DNA of 32,000 nucleotides from Mycobacterium tuberculosis H37Rv (GTDB lineage Bacteria; Actinomycetota; Actinomycetes; Mycobacteriales; Mycobacteriaceae): NCBI RefSeq assembly GCF_000195955.2, contig NC_000962.3, positions 3,360,001 to 3,392,000 of the forward strand, read 5' to 3'. Shown piece by piece: positions 29,926 to 32,000 of this stretch (position 1 is its first letter; each line of letters starts with the position of its first letter). The notes under the pieces were generated by a model. It saw only the letters and a program-made list of their open reading frames with translations, ran no database searches and was not told where the DNA came from. The position numbers and the translations under genes were made by a program.

Positions 29926-31502
29926 ACACGTCCGCAAGCCCGGTGCCCGGCCTGTTCACGCTTGTTCTGCACACTCACCTGCCCTGGCTGGCCCACCACG
30001 GGCGCTGGCCGGTCGGCGAGGAATGGCTCTATCAGTCGTGGGCGGCGGCCTACCTGCCGCTGCTGCAGGTGCTGGCCGCGCTGGCCGACGAGAACCGGCA
30101 CCGGTTGATCACCCTCGGGATGACGCCGGTGGTCAACGCCCAGCTCGACGACCCATACTGCCTCAACGGTGTGCATCACTGGCTAGCCAACTGGCAGCTG
30201 CGCGCCGAAGAGGCCGCCAGCGTGCGGTATGCCCGTCAGTCGAAGTCGGCTGACTATCCGTCATGCACACCGGAGGCGTTGCGGGCCTTTGGGATTCGCG
30301 AATGTGCCGATGCAGCTCGCGCGCTCGACAACTTCGCCACGCGGTGGCGGCACGGCGGCAGCCCACTGCTGCGCGGCCTGATCGACGCCGGCACGGTGGA
30401 GCTGCTCGGTGGCCCACTTGCCCACCCGTTCCAGCCGCTGCTGGCACCGCGGCTGCGCGAGTTCGCGCTGCGCGAAGGCCTCGCCGATGCTCAGCTGCGG
30501 CTGGCGCACCGCCCGAAAGGGATCTGGGCACCCGAATGCGCATACGCCCCGGGGATGGAGGTCGACTACGCCACCGCGGGGGTCAGTCACTTCATGGTCG
30601 ACGGCCCGTCGCTGCACGGCGACACCGCGCTGGGCCGGCCGGTGGGGAAAACCGATGTGGTCGCCTTCGGTCGCGACTTGCAGGTCAGCTACCGGGTGTG
30701 GTCACCGAAATCCGGCTACCCCGGGCACGCCGCCTACCGCGACTTCCACACCTACGACCACCTGACCGGACTCAAACCGGCCAGGGTCACCGGGCGTAAC
30801 GTGCCGTCGGAGCAAAAGGCACCCTACGATCCCGAGCGCGCTGACCGCGCCGTCGACGTCCATGTTGCCGATTTCGTCGACGTGGTGCGCAATCGGCTGC
30901 TCTCCGAGTCCGAGCGCATCGGCCGGCCCGCCCACGTGATCGCCGCCTTCGACACCGAGTTGTTCGGCCACTGGTGGTACGAGGGCCCAACCTGGCTGCA
31001 ACGGGTATTGCGGGCTTTACCCGCCGCCGGTGTCCGGGTGGGCACCCTGAGCGATGCGATCGCCGACGGATTCGTCGGCGACCCGGTCGAATTGCCACCC
31101 AGCTCTTGGGGTTCCGGCAAGGACTGGCAGGTGTGGAGCGGTGCCAAGGTGGCCGATCTGGTCCAGCTCAACAGCGAAGTGGTCGATACCGCGTTGACCA
31201 CCATCGACAAGGCGCTGGCCCAGACAGCGTCCCTGGACGGACCGCTGCCTCGCGATCACGTTGCTGATCAGATCCTGCGCGAGACCCTGCTCACCGTGTC
31301 CAGCGACTGGCCGTTCATGGTGAGCAAGGACTCCGCCGCCGACTACGCCCGCTATCGTGCTCACCTGCACGCACACGCCACCCGGGAGATCGCCGGCGCG
31401 CTGGCCGCGGGCCGACGCGACACCGCACGGCGGCTCGCCGAAGGGTGGAACCGCGCCGACGGTCTGTTCGGCGCCCTGGACGCTCGGAGGCTGCCCAAGT
31501 GA
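29922..31502 (+). CDS. Glycoside hydrolase family 57 protein (branching-enzyme-like, Rv3031-like)
   Basis: 526 aa from a TTG start. GH57 conserved regions are visible: LHTHLPW, GIWAPECAY (nucleophile Glu context) and AFDTELFGHWWYEG (acid/base Asp context). Confidence 0.9.
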   Translation: MNTSASPVPGLFTLVLHTHLPWLAHHGRWPVGEEWLYQSWAAAYLPLLQVLAALADENRHRLITLGMTPVVNAQLDDPYCLNGVHHWLANWQLRAEEAASVRYARQSKSADYPSCTPEALRAFGIRECADAARALDNFATRWRHGGSPLLRGLIDAGTVELLGGPLAHPFQPLLAPRLREFALREGLADAQLRLAHRPKGIWAPECAYAPGMEVDYATAGVSHFMVDGPSLHGDTALGRPVGKTDVVAFGRDLQVSYRVWSPKSGYPGHAAYRDFHTYDHLTGLKPARVTGRNVPSEQKAPYDPERADRAVDVHVADFVDVVRNRLLSESERIGRPAHVIAAFDTELFGHWWYEGPTWLQRVLRALPAAGVRVGTLSDAIADGFVGDPVELPPSSWGSGKDWQVWSGAKVADLVQLNSEVVDTALTTIDKALAQTASLDGPLPRDHVADQILRETLLTVSSDWPFMVSKDSAADYARYRAHLHAHATREIAGALAAGRRDTARRLAEGWNRADGLFGALDARRLPK

Positions 31503-31533
31503 ACGCCTCGCACAGGCGGAACCGGCCGCGCGC

Positions 31534-32000
31534 ATGAGGATCCTCATGGTGTCGTGGGAGTACCCGCCGGTGGTGATCGGCGGACTCGGCCGCCACGTGC
31601 ATCATCTGTCGACCGCGCTAGCCGCAGCCGGTCACGATGTCGTCGTGTTGTCCCGGTGTCCGTCGGGCACCGATCCCAGCACACACCCATCCTCCGATGA
31701 GGTGACCGAAGGGGTCCGGGTGATTGCGGCCGCGCAGGACCCGCACGAGTTCACGTTTGGCAACGACATGATGGCCTGGACCCTGGCGATGGGCCACGCC
31801 ATGATCCGCGCCGGGCTGCGCTTGAAGAAACTTGGCACCGACCGCTCGTGGCGTCCTGACGTCGTGCACGCACACGACTGGCTGGTGGCCCATCCGGCCA
31901 TCGCCCTTGCCCAGTTCTATGACGTGCCAATGGTTTCCACGATTCATGCAACGGAGGCCGGTCGACATTCCGGCTGGGTCTCCGGAGCTCTCAGCCGTCA
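31534..32000 (+). CDS. GT4 alpha-(1->4)-glucosyltransferase, N-terminal 155 codons (runs off the right edge)
   Basis: ATG at 31534. The sequence MRILMVSWEYPPVVIGGLGRHVHHLSTALAAAGHDVVVLSR is a glycogen-synthase-like GT4 N-terminal Rossmann domain. I remember it as Rv3032. Confidence 0.9.
   Translation, partial: MRILMVSWEYPPVVIGGLGRHVHHLSTALAAAGHDVVVLSRCPSGTDPSTHPSSDEVTEGVRVIAAAQDPHEFTFGNDMMAWTLAMGHAMIRAGLRLKKLGTDRSWRPDVVHAHDWLVAHPAIALAQFYDVPMVSTIHATEAGRHSGWVSGALSR

Overview
This is high-GC (~65%) actinobacterial chromosomal DNA that I recognise as Mycobacterium tuberculosis complex. Gene order and protein sequences match what I remember of H37Rv Rv3001c-Rv3032, at about 3.36-3.39 Mb; this is recognition from memory, no search was run. 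Most of the window is core metabolism, largely on the minus strand: ilvB1-ilvN-ilvC, cfp6, DoxX, lipoprotein LppZ, gatC-gatA-pfkA-gatB, ligA, mnmA-iscS, an OlsB/OlsA-like acyltransferase pair, etfB-etfA, and the start of the Rv3030-Rv3032 methylglucose-lipopolysaccharide cluster. The only accessory patch is about 16.4-22.7 kb. It holds a ~2.44 kb tandem segmental duplication of a PE-PPE-esx module (PE27A remnant-PPE46-esxQ, then PE29-PPE48/47-esxS-esxR), followed by one complete 1324-bp IS1081. I saw no rRNA, tRNA or CRISPR array, and no evidence for an undescribed defence or secretion system. The signals most worth a second look are: (1) a leader-peptide attenuator with a U-tract terminator upstream of ilvB1; (2) a 291/294-bp low-GC (~44-47%) hydrophobic cassette that differs completely between PPE46 and PPE47 but is flanked by identical DNA; (3) decay events in the duplicated module, namely a 1-nt frameshift in PPE47/48, a truncated PE27A, and an orphan esxQ with WXG changed to CXG; (4) a ~56-60 bp palindromic intergenic element present twice; (5) the translationally coupled OlsB/OlsA-like pair Rv3027c-Rv3026c. 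Start codons are my best choice within the supplied ORFs and several are GTG or TTG. Many long antisense ORFs are GC-content artefacts and were rejected.
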